A stretch of 64,000 nt of DNA from Bugula neritina (lineage: Eukaryota; Animalia; Bryozoa). The notes under the pieces are model-generated. The model made no database searches and was not told where the DNA came from. It saw nothing but the letters and a program-made list of their open reading frames with translations. The DNA is taken from assembly GCA_964035545.1 (NCBI GenBank), contig OZ037765.1, positions 29,821,504 to 29,885,503 of the forward strand, read 5' to 3'. The translations under genes were made by a program, and so were the position numbers. Shown here in pieces: positions 1 through 13,900 of the stretch. Within the stretch, counting starts at the first letter, position 1. Each line of letters opens with the position of its first letter.

Positions 1-163
1 ATCTTGTCACATGATAAATCATGTTATCAGTACTGTTATCACACACGCTCCCTTGCAGGCTTCATCTGCCTCACTTGGGGTCCTCTACTCTACTTGTTTA
101 GTTGGTTGTCTATAAACTGAGCTGCTGTTTTTATTCAAATCTGTTTTCTATTCACTCAGCACA

Positions 164-3100
164 ATGTCTGATGAGGAAAAGACGCCGGTCAGTATCTTTT
201 ACACTCAGGGAGTTGTGAGACTAGATATTCTTATTTCAGTTAGACTGCCTGTTGTATGCACCTTTCCTGTGAATCTCTTAATGATGCATTGAATATACCG
301 TTTTAGTGCGATATTGTCTATTCCTGTTTGCTAGTTTTTCATTAAATCACATGTTGACCTACTCTTTGGCACTGAACTGACTAAGCTTTAGGTATTCCAT
401 ATCTCAATCTTGTCATGAGCAGTATTAACTGTAATTTATAGCTTCAAGGTTTCCTGCTAGACAACATTCTTGTATGTGCTATTAGCAAGGTTGAGACTGT
501 GTCTAATCAGCATAATATTTCCTACACTATAATATTATGGACTACAATATAGGTCATAGGAAGTTGAAAATATGATAATATTATTAAGCTTTGATGATGC
601 ATTCAAGTGGCACTATCAGCTATGTAACATTTATTTTTGTAAACTGCAATCTTTCTAATGACAATACAAATTTCTAGGATAGTCATATATTGTTCAATGT
701 GCAGTGTCCATTGTGCTTCATAGTGCTAGCTTTAGTCACTGCTTTACAATCTCATGCTGCAGTATTTATGAGCTTTCAGCTGCACATTAAACAATACACA
801 GCAAGGTTTGCGTTGTAATTTGCTATCGGGTTGTCTTTTTGCTTTAATACAATCAATGGATTATGTGCGAAACTAGGTCGATATCTTTGCTTTTATGTAA
901 CTGAGTAGTGCCCTTGAAGCGTGAATTTGTTGCTTATATAAGTGAGTGACCAGTTACACAAGCCTCGTATCAGTTGTTATATTTTATCAGCAAGCAGTTG
1001 CATGTGGCAGATTGTACCTTCACAAGGACTTCATGCTTCTACTGGGAACTTATCTTTTTAAATTAATCTTCATCTTTATTTATTTAGCATAACACAAGGT
1101 GAATACACTTTTAGTATTATAGTGTTTAGCATGTTATAGTGTTTAGCATATAGTGTTTAGCATCTATTACACTGTATTTAAGTAAGTGCTAATGATTACA
1201 AATGCCAAGGTAAGTACCATCATACATATTTCTTATTTTATACATTCTGTGAGTAAATTTTATTTGGGGAGTTTGTGTAGTGTAGTGTAGTGTAGTGTAG
1301 TGTAGTGTAGTGTAGTGTAGTGTAGTGTAGTGTAGTGTAGTGCAGTGTAGTGTAGTGTAGTAGTCAACGAATAAGCTTTGTCTATGTATGACAGCTTTCA
1401 CAAGTTTATACATCTGCGTATTACTCAATCTACGTGCTTATATATTATAGTACAAACTTTGTCTATGTTGCGTATATGCTCTCTTTAGTTGGTGAAGAAT
1501 ATGCACGGATCAGCCACCTACAGCTCTACCTCACCCATGCCTGAAGATGTTACCAGTTCACCCTCAAAAAAGGCAACTAATGTAAGTCAAGTATAATTTA
1601 CTCACGATGTGCGTAACTGTGTATACATGATTATGTTAACTATCTGTCTTTCATCCTATTTCTCTAGCTTCAAAGGATTGTCTCTCTCTTCATTTCTCCT
1701 TCCAGCCTCTTCATGTTGTCACCTCGTCTTTTATTTTGGGTCGTCCTCTCTTTCCTGGCAACTTCATCTCAGCCTCTTATAGTCTTATTCTCAACACATG
1801 ACCACACTACCTCAGTCTAGATTCTCTCTGTTCCACTTCAATCCTTTCTACACCTGGTGCTTCTCTTGATACAATATTTTTATGCTAATAATAAAAGTAT
1901 AACAAGCATGTGACATAAGATGACATCAACTGCAGTGTTTTTGTGTCTTTCCTTTTGTATAAAATAAACGAATAAAGACTCAGTGTATGCATGGGAGTTG
2001 TCCTGAACAGATCTATAGAGATATATTTATCTACAGGGAGATGTCACTTCACACTCCCGGTACCAAGGCTCAGTTGTGTCTTTCCACAACCTCTTCTATG
2101 AAGTCATGGTTGGAGCTGGTTGCTGTAAAAAGGCACCAAAAGAAATTATAAAGGATGTGAGGTTAGGACTATAATGAATAAGTTATTTTATCTATAAGTA
2201 AAGTGATAATTTCAATCAGTGCATATATTGATTGCAGAGATATACAATAAAAAATTGTCAGTACAAATTTGGTTTTCTCAGCATTCTCATGATCTTTTAT
2301 TTAGGTTAAATTAAGTTTTTGGAAATCAATTTTATTTTGTGAGGTAAATAAAAATAGTTAATATAATTTCTTTAGAGTTTTGTTACTTATCATGTGTATA
2401 TTTGGCAGCTTTATTATTTCTTTATTATATATGCTTACTGTATTTCTGAGTCGTGGTTTGGTATAATAATTACCTTCGATGATTTTAAAAATTCACAAGT
2501 AGGCTTTATAACAAGATGCTTTCTAAAAAAGTATGTATAAAATGTATAGATTATGAGTTTATGAAATAGGCATACTTTCATGTATATGTAAATGTTTTTC
2601 AAGTACTTATGATATATAATGCATTCATGTAAGTAACTAGCAGATTCTCTCCTTTTGTTTTAGTGGCATATTTAAACCTGGCACTATGAATGCTATTATG
2701 GGACCAACTGGTAGCGGAAAATCCTCGTAAGTGATTCACACGAGATTAGATGCTCATATTATATGTTAACTGATTGTAACAATTCTAGCATAAAACTGTT
2801 TTGTCTCCTCTTTTACTTAGTATATAAATTGTCCATTATCTAATGCAGATGCATAGAAGTGTTGTTTTCCAGCAGCTAGTAGATGCATAACCAGAATTTA
2901 AGATGTAAGAAAGTCTTTTACATAATCTTGACCATTTATTCTAATATCTAATATTACAGTTATGGAAATTTAAAACTTTTAAAAATTTCATATGTATTTT
3001 TTTAACTCAATTCAACAAACTGTTCTGTAAGTTCCCAAATGCAAAGACATATAATTAAGGACCAATTGCTAGTGTTGGATATAAGTGTACATGTAACACA

Positions 3101-6100
3101 CATATAGAGAAGGATGCTGTTTGATTCCATTCAGATTGCTAGACATTCTAGCTGCAAGAAAAGACCCTCATGGTTTGTTTGGTAAAGTGCTTATCAATGG
3201 ACGCCCACAGCCAGCTAACTTTAGACTGATGTCTGGCTACGTGGTTCAGGATGACGTGGTCATGGGCACCCTCAGTATTAGAGAGAACTTGAGGTTTTCT
3301 GCTGATCTCAGATTACCCAAAGGTTTAGATTCTGATGATAAAGAGGCTAAAGTTAAAAAGGTGCTTCATGAACTTAGTCTAGGTAAGAATACATTCATCA
3401 TATCTGTAGATCATCCCATAAACTTCTAATGATTAGAAAATGAGAAATTATATGTTTTCCAATATATTTGAGACTTATATAGAATACTATATTATTTAAC
3501 CTTTTCTAAAGCTGAATCACAATTATTGCTAATTAATTTTAGTATTTTTGATTGAAATGATGCCTTAAGAATTGTTTAATGACATGTTTCTTGTTTCTAA
3601 TGTACGGATTAGTAGATTTATAGATATTATTGCATATTATTATGTATTTAGAAACTGCTATATTATATTATACAGACCTCGTCTACCTTCTAATACCAAG
3701 GATTACATCATGTTCTATTTTATTTATTATTAATAATTTGCCACTTTATAATAACAACGTGTATTCAGTTAGGCGGACAATATTTGTATATATAAAACAC
3801 ATTTTCACAACAGAGATAAGCAGAAATATCGAGTTCCACATGGAATGAGAGCCAGTTATTGTGGTGTCTCAAGACTACTAGGCAGAATGTTTGACCTCAC
3901 GGAGAGCTGAATACAGTTTGTGGTTGCATGCTTACAGAGTTGTGTGCTGACACGAGATGTGGTGATGAGTTCACAAGGGGTGTGTCTGGAGGGGAGAGGA
4001 AGAGGTGTAACGTGGGTATGGAGCTGATCACTAGCCCTGGGGTTCTCTTTCTAGATGAACCAACCACTGGGCTAGATGCCTCCACTGCCAACTCTGTCAT
4101 GCTTAACCTTAGGAAGTATGTTTATATATATACATGTATATATATAATATATATATATACACGTTGTATATATTGTATATAATTATATAGAGCTAAATAT
4201 ATTGTATGTATAATATTATGATATACTGTAGACTAGCTGAGCTAACAAGCAATGTCGTATTCATTGAACTATAACTATTATAGTTTCAGTTCAGTGGTCG
4301 TATTACTGTAGAGTGTAGACACACTGAGCTGGTGAGCAATATCGTATTACTGTATACTGTAGACTAGCTGAGTTGGGAAGTACTGTCATATTACTGTATA
4401 CTGTAGATTAGCTGAGTTGGGAAGTACTGTCATATTACTGTATACTGTAGACTAGCTGAGTTGGGAAGCACTGTCATATTCTCCATTCATCAGCCGAGAT
4501 ATTCTATATTCAAGCTGTGTGATAGCCTTTGCTTGCTCGGTAATGGGGAGACAATCTACCATGGCCCAGCTGACCAAGCCATAGACTTCTTTTCTTCTTT
4601 GGGTAGACAGATAATTTATTATATTACATGTTATTTATTAGTAATCATTGTTTTTGCTTACATTGTCGATTATTATTGCTTATTGACCTTTCCACACTAA
4701 AGTACTTTAGCAAAGCTGGATGAAACATATTTACACTCTTTGATTAACTGACTCATTGCAATTTGTGAATTATGTTGGGTTTTATTGTTGAGACTATTAG
4801 AGTTTAGTTTAATTTAATATACATATCTAGCTGTATGCTCACATAGTCTGTATCATAATATAAACTCTAGAAAAACAGAATGAATAAAATGGTGATAAAT
4901 ACAAGAATTACATTTTAACTGTGTTATTGTCTTTGGAATTTAATTTTTCAAAATCTAGAATAACCAGCATTTAATTAAACTGGAAACTTTGCCAAGTAGC
5001 TGTGACATCTGCTTCTATCCAGGTTTACATAGTACCACCTCTATGTTTACTGCCGGGACATCCACATTTTGCTGCTGCCGCTACTGCTGCTGCTACTTTA
5101 TACTGAGAACTTTATACTGATATGTTATGTTAGGGTATGAGATTGAGGAACATGACAACCCACCAGATTTCTTTCTCGATGTAATTTTGGGAAATGTGGA
5201 GTCAAGTCGCCCGGATATTATGGCTCTCAATTCGGAGGAAGCTACAGAAGCTTTACCAGATGCTGTGGCTGTGGTTGTAGACACTGCCGAGAGAGATGCT
5301 AAGAAGGTAAGTGCATTTGTAGTACAATGTAGTATATACATGTTCATACTACATTGTAAAATGTAGACTGTAGTATGTGCATACAATGCAGTGTAGAATT
5401 CCCTTGCAATGTATGATACTACAGTACATGTACACTGCATACAATTTCATGTCTTAATAAAAATAATTCATACAGTATTTTGCTAGAATGTTCTATATGT
5501 GCATTATAATCGCATCATATAAATATTTAATTGAGTTATGTTGCTTTATGGCGGATTAGGTTATATTATGTTTCATTTCATTAAATTATTCATTGAAGAA
5601 ATACTTTATGATATATATTGGGTTGTGCTACATTGTGTTACATTATATTATATATTATTGTGTTGCATTGCATTATATTATATTACATGGTATTATATAA
5701 TATTACATTATATATTATACTAGACACAGAGAATTGCCAGCAACTTGGCTAAACAGTTCAGTTCCTCTGAATGGGGCATCAGAATGCAGGAAGAGCTGCG
5801 ATCCTATGAGGAAGGGTATAATACAAGTGGGGAACATTTACCTAGCAAGGAAGAGTTGTCCTCGCTTTCTTATCACTCTAACCCATGTGTTCAGTTTGGA
5901 GTTGTCTGCAAAAGAACTTTTAAAAATTTAATCCGAAATCCAAGAACTTCATTCCTTCAAGTAAGTCAGAGTGTAGCATGCATAATGGTGGTGTAAATAT
6001 TACTGTAGCAGCTATAGTTTAGCTCAGCTTGGGCAGCTAATGGACTGATGGTGTGTTTCTCTTAGCCTGGCTTTATAATTTTTGGTTTGGTGCTAGCTTG

Positions 6101-9100
6101 TGTTTTAATTGAGGTTTTGTTAGTTTCTATCTCACTCAACTAATGTTTCACTTGTAATAAAACTACTTGTTAACACTGCAACTATTTTCCTATCTCTTTA
6201 TATTAAACAATTGGTATTATGGTTGTTGTATTCTGTGATATATAATATTATATTATACTTTTAGTAGATAACATGGTGTCAGAGGTTAAATCAAAGTTAT
6301 CAAAAATAACATGATGAAGTTTGTTTGTAAGCTTGTAAATTTTAAATTTTTAGGTTGTGACTCTCTGCTTTTTTGCCCTCATCACTGGAGCTATTTACTT
6401 CCAAACTCCCAAAGACTGTGAATCCGGAGTACAGAACAGGTGAGTCTGCTATACAATATAATACTATCCCAATACAGTTATATGTTATATTGGAAAGGAT
6501 TTTTGTTGTGTTGAACTAAGCAAAATCTTGTAAATTGTAAATGATATGCATTTTTGGTCGGCCATATTGAATATTAAAACCAGGGCATAACTAAGGTTCA
6601 TTTATTTAGAAATTATATACTTCTCAGGCTTTTACCTGATGGATGTTTTAGCACCAAACCTGCGGTGGTTTATTTTATGGCCTAGTAACTATTTTATATT
6701 TTGAAATGAAATTTACAGAAATATTATATATATAACACATGTTAGTTCTGTAGCTTACATATACGCTACACATAATTATATATAGTAAACAATACATACT
6801 ATATAATTGTCGCCTTATATAATACTCTAACAGTATGCTTTATTGTGTGTTTATAGCTATTAAATAACTATAATATATATTACGAATCAGTGAGCATGAA
6901 TTGTTACTATAGCTATAATGGTTCTTATAGTAACTGTATCATACAATCTACTAAGTCTGCCAGCAAGTTTTATAGTGTGCTGGGAAAACATAACTCCAAG
7001 ATTTACCTTCCAAACTCATAAAGCATATGAGTTGGCAAATTATTTGCATTTATGTTAAAATTAAGCTTTTCTTATATCATTTCTCTGCAAATAGATTGCA
7101 AACCAATTCAAGTCATAAAACAATCTCTCAGGGAGAAGTTTACAACTTATTCTAACAATTATTTGCAGGGTTGGTGCATTTTTCTTCATGATCATGAACA
7201 TGATATTTGGTAACTTGTCCGGGATTGATCTCTTCATAAATGAAAGGAAGATTTTCATGTAAGTATAATGTTTTATAGTTTAATTTATTAATTTAGCATA
7301 TCATTAATATATTTAATTTATTTATGTTTTCAATTACACTTTTACAAGTATAGTGATATATTATGATACGCATTTCATCAATAGCTGAGAATTACTAAAG
7401 CAATGGTGTATGTTTATTATAAAAGAGTTATGTTTATTTGGTTGGTTGTATGTTTATGTAATGGTGCTTCTTTCCTCTGGTGTTGTCATAAATTTCGATC
7501 ATATAATAGTGTTGAGTTGGTATATTTTCTGCGTAACATAATGTATTAAGATAAAAAGATAAATTGAAGCTTTATAAACATAAACATTCATAGCTTTTAC
7601 AGTGTAGTGATACAAATGAAATTCTATTAATTTTTAAATTGAAATTTTAAATAAGTTTTTGCTCATATATATCTATAAGTAATATATCTATACAGAGCTT
7701 TATTTATTCTATATTTACTTATATAAACAATTTCTCATTAAGTCATCAATATTTATGCTAGGTGTGCATATATATTTTGTTTCATTGAATATAGTTGACA
7801 TGAGGTTCATCTTTTTTGTCAGCAACTTTTGCAAACCACGTCCTGCTGTTTGTAGACATGAAAACATCAGTGGTTTCTATAGAGTATCGTCATACTTTCT
7901 TGCTAAGCTGTTCTGTGACGTGCTGCCCAACAGAAGTGTACCAGTTCTAGGCTTTGGTATCATAACCTACTGGATGGTTGGTAAGCAGCTAGTTATTTAC
8001 ATGCTATTAAGGTAATAGAGACCAAATATTACCTTCATAATTTGCGTAGGTGGCACAAACTTTGTCTCATTAGAAATTTGTTTTACCACTAAAATACTTT
8101 GACCTATTGTATAGCTAATAAGATAGAACGTTATTGTCCGAAGCAGTAGTTGTTTTTTTATTCAAATTACAAACTCTTTTCCTGTGCTTATTCCTCCCTA
8201 TTTCTGTGACTGGGTTATTCTAGAATATCTCATGCTGTATTTTTCTAACACAATAGTAAAGTTAGTAAAGGTAACTTTGCTCTGTCAGCTACTGTAGTTT
8301 ATTTTATACCAGTAGATACAAATTAATTGATGTTATATTACAGTTTTGGCTAATTTTTGTTATGGCTTTGTCGTGTAACCTTGTTTAAACTTCCAAAAGT
8401 CTAAGAAAAAAATGTAAAAGTTCTCTCAATTTTATATTAAGCATTTCTTTTCCAGTATCCTTTAAAAAGTAGTACTGCACAAACCTTCTTTAATTCTTTG
8501 CCATTTAGAGAGCTTAATACATAGGAAACACTTTCATTACTATTTGACTTATTTATTCTCGAAATATTATATTTTAGTAGGTCTTGTCTATACTGCCATG
8601 CAGCATTCTACTTACATGCTATAACTGAATATATTATTAACCTTGCTATATATCTACTATCTGTTTCATTTCACACAGGGCTTGTACCGTACTGGCAGAA
8701 CTTCCTGTTCTATCTGCTGACTCTGGTGTTAGTATCATGGGCGGGGTCATCCATAGCCTTCTTAGCCAGTGCTTCTACTAGAACTAGTGCTATCGCCAGT
8801 CTAATATGTGCACTACTATTCGTCTTTCAAATGGTGAGTGTGATTAATGCAACACATAACAGTTAAACGGCTAAATTAGTTCATCACAACTACTGGTAAA
8901 CATTTTGTAGATGGTAGTTATTATAGGATTCAAAGTAAAATTTTTGTATTTTGTATACAATTTGTGGAATTATTGCTATCTATTTTTAAAATTAAGTTCA
9001 ATTCAATATATAAATTAATATATATGTTAAATGATGTTTTTTCATGCAGTCTCCATGTTCATATGATGTGTCATATAAATTTCAACAAGTAGAAAAAATT

Positions 9101-10385
9101 TATGTAGAATAACTTTTCTGTATAACAGTTGTATCTGAAAACCAAACTTAATCTTAATGCAAGTTAAAAACAGTTGGCTAATTTTTCAGGTTGAAAAATA
9201 AGAGCTCACTGTAATATCACTAAAGTGGGTATATCAAAAAATATAATGGAGTTACCACACCGTATGAAATTTTATAGTATAGAGCATCTCTCTCAAGTAT
9301 ATGCAATATAATGAGACGTGTGTGTATATATTTCAGATCTTCAGTGGATTGCTGGTTAATTTAGATTCCCTGGGAGACTGGATAGAGTGGGCTAAATACA
9401 TCAGTATATTTAGTTATGCAATGAAGGTAACTTGTGTTTTAGTCATTCTTATAGCTTGTGTTCTATAAAACTAGAAATGTAACAAAAGAAGTTATGTTCT
9501 TGTGGGAATTCCAACTCATGCCCTAAACCAACTTTTTTTTAAGAAAACTAAATAATTCAGAGTCTGCTATTACACCTAAAGGGAGCAAGTGATACTATTG
9601 CTATTTTAATAACATTTTATAACTGCAAGTTTTGGAAACATTTCTTTATCCTTTCAGATAGACTTTGTTTTTCTTACCTTTAACATGCAGCATTAGTCAA
9701 CACTATGGCCTATTTTCACTGGTATAACTGATATATATGCTACAAGTTACTAGTTAGTTACTTTTATATTTTATACAACATATTCCAGGCGCTTCAAATC
9801 AATGAGTTCATAGCCGTTGATTTTTATGAGACTATTCCTGGCACCAACATAACTATCAACTGGTGAGCATATTATCTTCTATCTAATGCACTGAAGTAGT
9901 TTCAAGAAATGTTTTTGTATTCCTGATCCACAATTGTTTTTAGTATTTATAACTTATGTTGCTTGGTACCTACATAGCATGTAACAACTGACTGTGTAAC
10001 TTGTATTAACAGGCACAGTATCTTATAACCCGGGATAGTGAACACAACTCCTTTCCAAAGCTTTTTTTGCAGCACACTTTACTCCTAACATAACAAATTG
10101 AAAGCAACTGGCACAAAGTGTTATTCTTGTAATACACTATTAGTTGTTGCAGATGTTCTAGTTTTATATACCTTATAGCAGCTATACTATAAGAGTGTAA
10201 ATCTATCAGATACGTATCTAATTACTAGTGTAAAGGGAAGCTCTTCTGGATGGCTAGAAAAGAATAAAATAGCCTACAAGACCAGCTGGGACCTGTGGCA
10301 GAACATAATGGCACTCGCAGCCATCACTGTGGGACTTCTAATTTTATCTTATATTCAACTTAGACGAATCAAAAAGCTCAAGTAA
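164..10385 (+). CDS. ABCG2: ABCG2-like ABC half transporter, 16 exons, 689 aa
   Basis: Exons 164-187, 1489-1581, 2037-2161, 2664-2726, 3135-3382, 3938-4115, 4451-4602, 5134-5306, 5724-5960, 6354-6439, 7169-7258, 7856-7980, 8679-8833, 9337-9426, 9789-9862, 10229-10385; all GT-AG and phase-consistent. Walker [16 protein letters not shown], signature VSGGERKR, Walker [18 protein letters not shown]-loop, NPPDF, then TMD ([32 protein letters not shown]). One-to-one orthology not established. Confidence 0.95.
1275..1360. repeat. (GTGTA)n pentanucleotide microsatellite in ABCG2 intron 1
   Basis: About 17 near-perfect copies; explains the spurious LHYTT ORF 1189-1428. Confidence 0.97.
4301..4480 (+). 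repeat. 44-bp tandem repeat spanning the ABCG2 intron 6/exon 7 boundary
   Basis: Units start at 4301 (diverged), 4345, 4389, 4433 (TATTACTGTATACTGTAGACTAGCTGAGTTGGGAAGTACTGTCA); a further decayed copy near 4221-4260. Confidence 0.93.
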
Positions 10386-10991
10386 CAATCTAATACTCAG
10401 TCGTATACTTGTTTGATCAATGACTTGAAGACGCTAACAAATTAATTAGTCTCAGGCATTTCAAATTACTCCACTTGTACATTTCCAATACCCGTTTTGT
10501 ATCGGATTCATATAGTATATAATCATGATTGTCACATTCTTCATGTAAATCCAATTTTTGCTCATTAATCGTACACCTTTAAGTATAACTCATTATTTGT
10601 ATTTCAGTTCTACTTACAAATTATATTTTTTATATAAGTATACTGCTTGAAGGGGTAATAGTATAATGTAAATAATACAATACATTATATATTAATACCT
10701 TAATTGAACAAAATATCAGGAATGCTAGCTATTTACTCGAAAGAAGTTAAAGAAAATAAATGGCATATAAGAATAAAACTTTGAAAAATTATCACATAAT
10801 CACAACATTCAACCCCAATAGCACAATTTACACGAGGTTTTAGAATATTTTATATTATACCATAAGTTTTACCTGTATTTAATGTTTTTTTTCAATCATA
10901 AATTACCAGAAAAATAAATTTTATGATATGTTAAAATCGACATAAATATTTTATTCCAACAATTTGGATAAATCATAACAATTGCCTCCAC

Positions 10992-13900
10992 TTATTGCTC
11001 CTGAATGACTATCATATTGTGCACCTTGTAAAACTCTATAATCTGCTTACAAACCACTTTCACAGCTGTCTGAAAGCGGAAAGCATCAGACAATGTATTT
11101 TTAATGTAGACATCACTTGTAGTGTCAATAGTAGAGTCTTCAGCAAATGATGAAATAAATACTTCCTTATATGGTAAAGCTCGCATTCCTATCTGTAAGC
11201 ACAATAAATATGCTACTACAGAGTCGGAAGTTAATAATTTCACTTTGATACAACAAAGAGAAAGTATGTTAACTGAGCAGCATAAAGGAACAACTATGCT
11301 AACAATTATACAAATCATTACTTCATTATGCAGGGCAAGAAATTAATTTCTCATTCTAAAATAATAGAGGAAAAATAACAAAGTTACGTTTATACTGGTG
11401 GAGCAAGAAAACACTATAATAAAAATTTATTTTAATTTTCAATATAAAATGAGCATTAACAAAAATGTATCAAAATTGATAAAAGAGTTGCATTAAAACT
11501 GGCTAAACTTTGCTGACATGTAAAACACTTACCGATACAACACCTTTAACCACGAAGTTATGAAACGGTTTGAGAGTTCGCTCATAGGCGATAGAGACAG
11601 CTGTGACAAGAGAATCTTGTTTTGGAAGTTCACCGATTATGTGAGACACAAACATTAACCCCCTGCAATGTGACAAGGAAAAATAACTATTTAGATTTTA
11701 AAAGATGCAAAAAAAGCTTTTGAAATGCTTAGCAAATTTCATAATTGATGTAAAATGCATACACAAAATAAAATAAAGGACAACCAAAGTTGTTAATTTT
11801 CTAATAAAAAAAGCAAAACATTAAACGAGAATTATGCCAGTAAAATTTTACATAAAATCCTAAACTTTCAGTTGATAAAAACATTTTAAGTCTTAATACC
11901 AATTATTTTATGGACTTGTAGCACAAATGTTTAATAACATTTAGACAGGCTCACCAGTATATTATTTTAATAATTTACAAATGCACTAAATTAAATCATA
12001 ATGTTATTTTCATTCCCTCAAAAATTTAATTTATTATGTAGAGTATATGCATGTATTATTGTATTTACAGAATAAATAAGAAGAATATTGTTACATACTG
12101 ATACATATTGATACATATCAATACACACTGACACATATGCTGACACATATACTGATACATACTGACCTGGTGAGCCACAAGAGGGCTTGAGTCGCCGAGT
12201 TCGGATCCAAATGTTGACGATTTTTTATTTCATAGGAAACTAGTTTTTCCAACGATGACAGGCCTTTTGGGTCGGTCATCCATTTTTGTTGAATTTTCTA
12301 TATATGCAAGGAAAATAATACCAGATGAGCTAAATTCTTTATAAAACTGACCACTTAGCATTCAACAAAGGAGATTATAGCTCTAAAACAATAGTCACAG
12401 ATGCAAAGAGTATGATTTAATCTTTATTCAACTAAATTACTGAAACATAATGCTAGAGAGAAATCATAAAGATAATACACCTGTACCTTCACATTGCCTA
12501 AGAGATCATTTTTAACAGGAGAGAATGCTGTCGCACTAAGTTTATCTGTAAAACAAAATGTGTTTTGTAAAGTACAAAAGTGTTAAATCTCACTTCATTT
12601 CAAAGCACCAAAATTTTCAAAAGATAAAAACTATATTTTGATTTATGTCATATGTAGAGCATAAAAAGCTAAAATCAAAATGGCCGCTTGTAGGACATTT
12701 TTGTTAGAAAATACGTATGACCAGTTGGGAGGTTATGTTTATGTTTACTCACCAAATATTCTTGCCAGCTCTTCCGAACAGGCTGTGAAATCTTTAGTGT
12801 TTACTCCATCATCAAGATGGCCGACCATGTTCACAAAGCTGCAGCCCATAGTGTTGAAAAAGTTCATGATTTCTGGAGAAAGTTCGTCATGTGTGGCAGC
12901 ATCGTTTGTTTGTGTGACTGTTGGAGATGCTGCCGCTGTGTCAGCATGTGTGTGATTAGAATCTGGCAGCGGAGAGGCAGGTGTGTTATTTGATAGCTCC
13001 GGTGGATTGACAGCTGCGGTAGTGTGATTGTGAACGGGTACACTGTGAAATCGATTAGAAATTACAGTTATCCAGTCAATGGTGAACAGTTGTACAGCAT
13101 TCAATGGAGTATACCACATGTTTGAAAAAACTCAAAATTGTGTTACATCTTTCAAAAGATGAAATGTAAGAAAAATAAACAATTATTTTATTAGTCGTTT
13201 ATTACATTTAATGAATGATTCCAGTTGTGAAATTTAAAAGACTTTCAAATTTAAGCAAAAAGGTATTGCATTACAAATTTTGTATAAATAATGATGCAGA
13301 TGGCAAGGCTTCACTATAACTTGGAGAAAACTGATTAAACCTCCTAATTTTGCATTTAGTAGCCAAACACATATTGGTTACTGGTTAGAAAATCAAACAC
13401 TCTGGCAGAACTCATTTACTGACATTATATTACGTGCAGAATATACATCTGTCAGGTGAAAGTTCAAATTAGCTGACAGATAGGAAAAGTAAAGAGGGAA
13501 AGTGAGGGAATTGCTGACATTGTACACCATATGGCCCAGCGACAGCATTCACAGGGAAAAGACAATTCCTGATAGCAACTATCATTAACAAGCATGCTAT
13601 ACATTGTGAGGCATACTGCTATACAGACTAATACATGCTGCTATACATACTGATACATACTGCTATACATACTGATACATGCTGCTATACAGACTGATGT
13701 ATGTTTCTACACAGACTAATGTGTGTTGCTATACAGACTGATGTATGTTTCTATACATACTGATGTATGTTGCTATACATACTGATGTATGTTGCTATAC
13801 AGACTGATGTATGTTTCTATACATACTGATGTATGTTGCTATACAGACTAAGGGCTGCAAGAGAAAAGCAGGAAACTAAATGAACACTGAAACCTACCCT

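Noticed and set aside
150-166. Acceptor-like AG just before several start codons (ABCG2, SNRPA1, lectin) as a sign of SL trans-splicing
   Set aside because: Equally explained by ordinary 5'UTR introns or chance; cannot be distinguished without transcripts.
4301-4480. Regular repeats as a CRISPR-like array (also 13612-13850 and 54228-54337)
   Set aside because: Head-to-tail repeats without unique spacers in a eukaryotic intron context; no cas genes.
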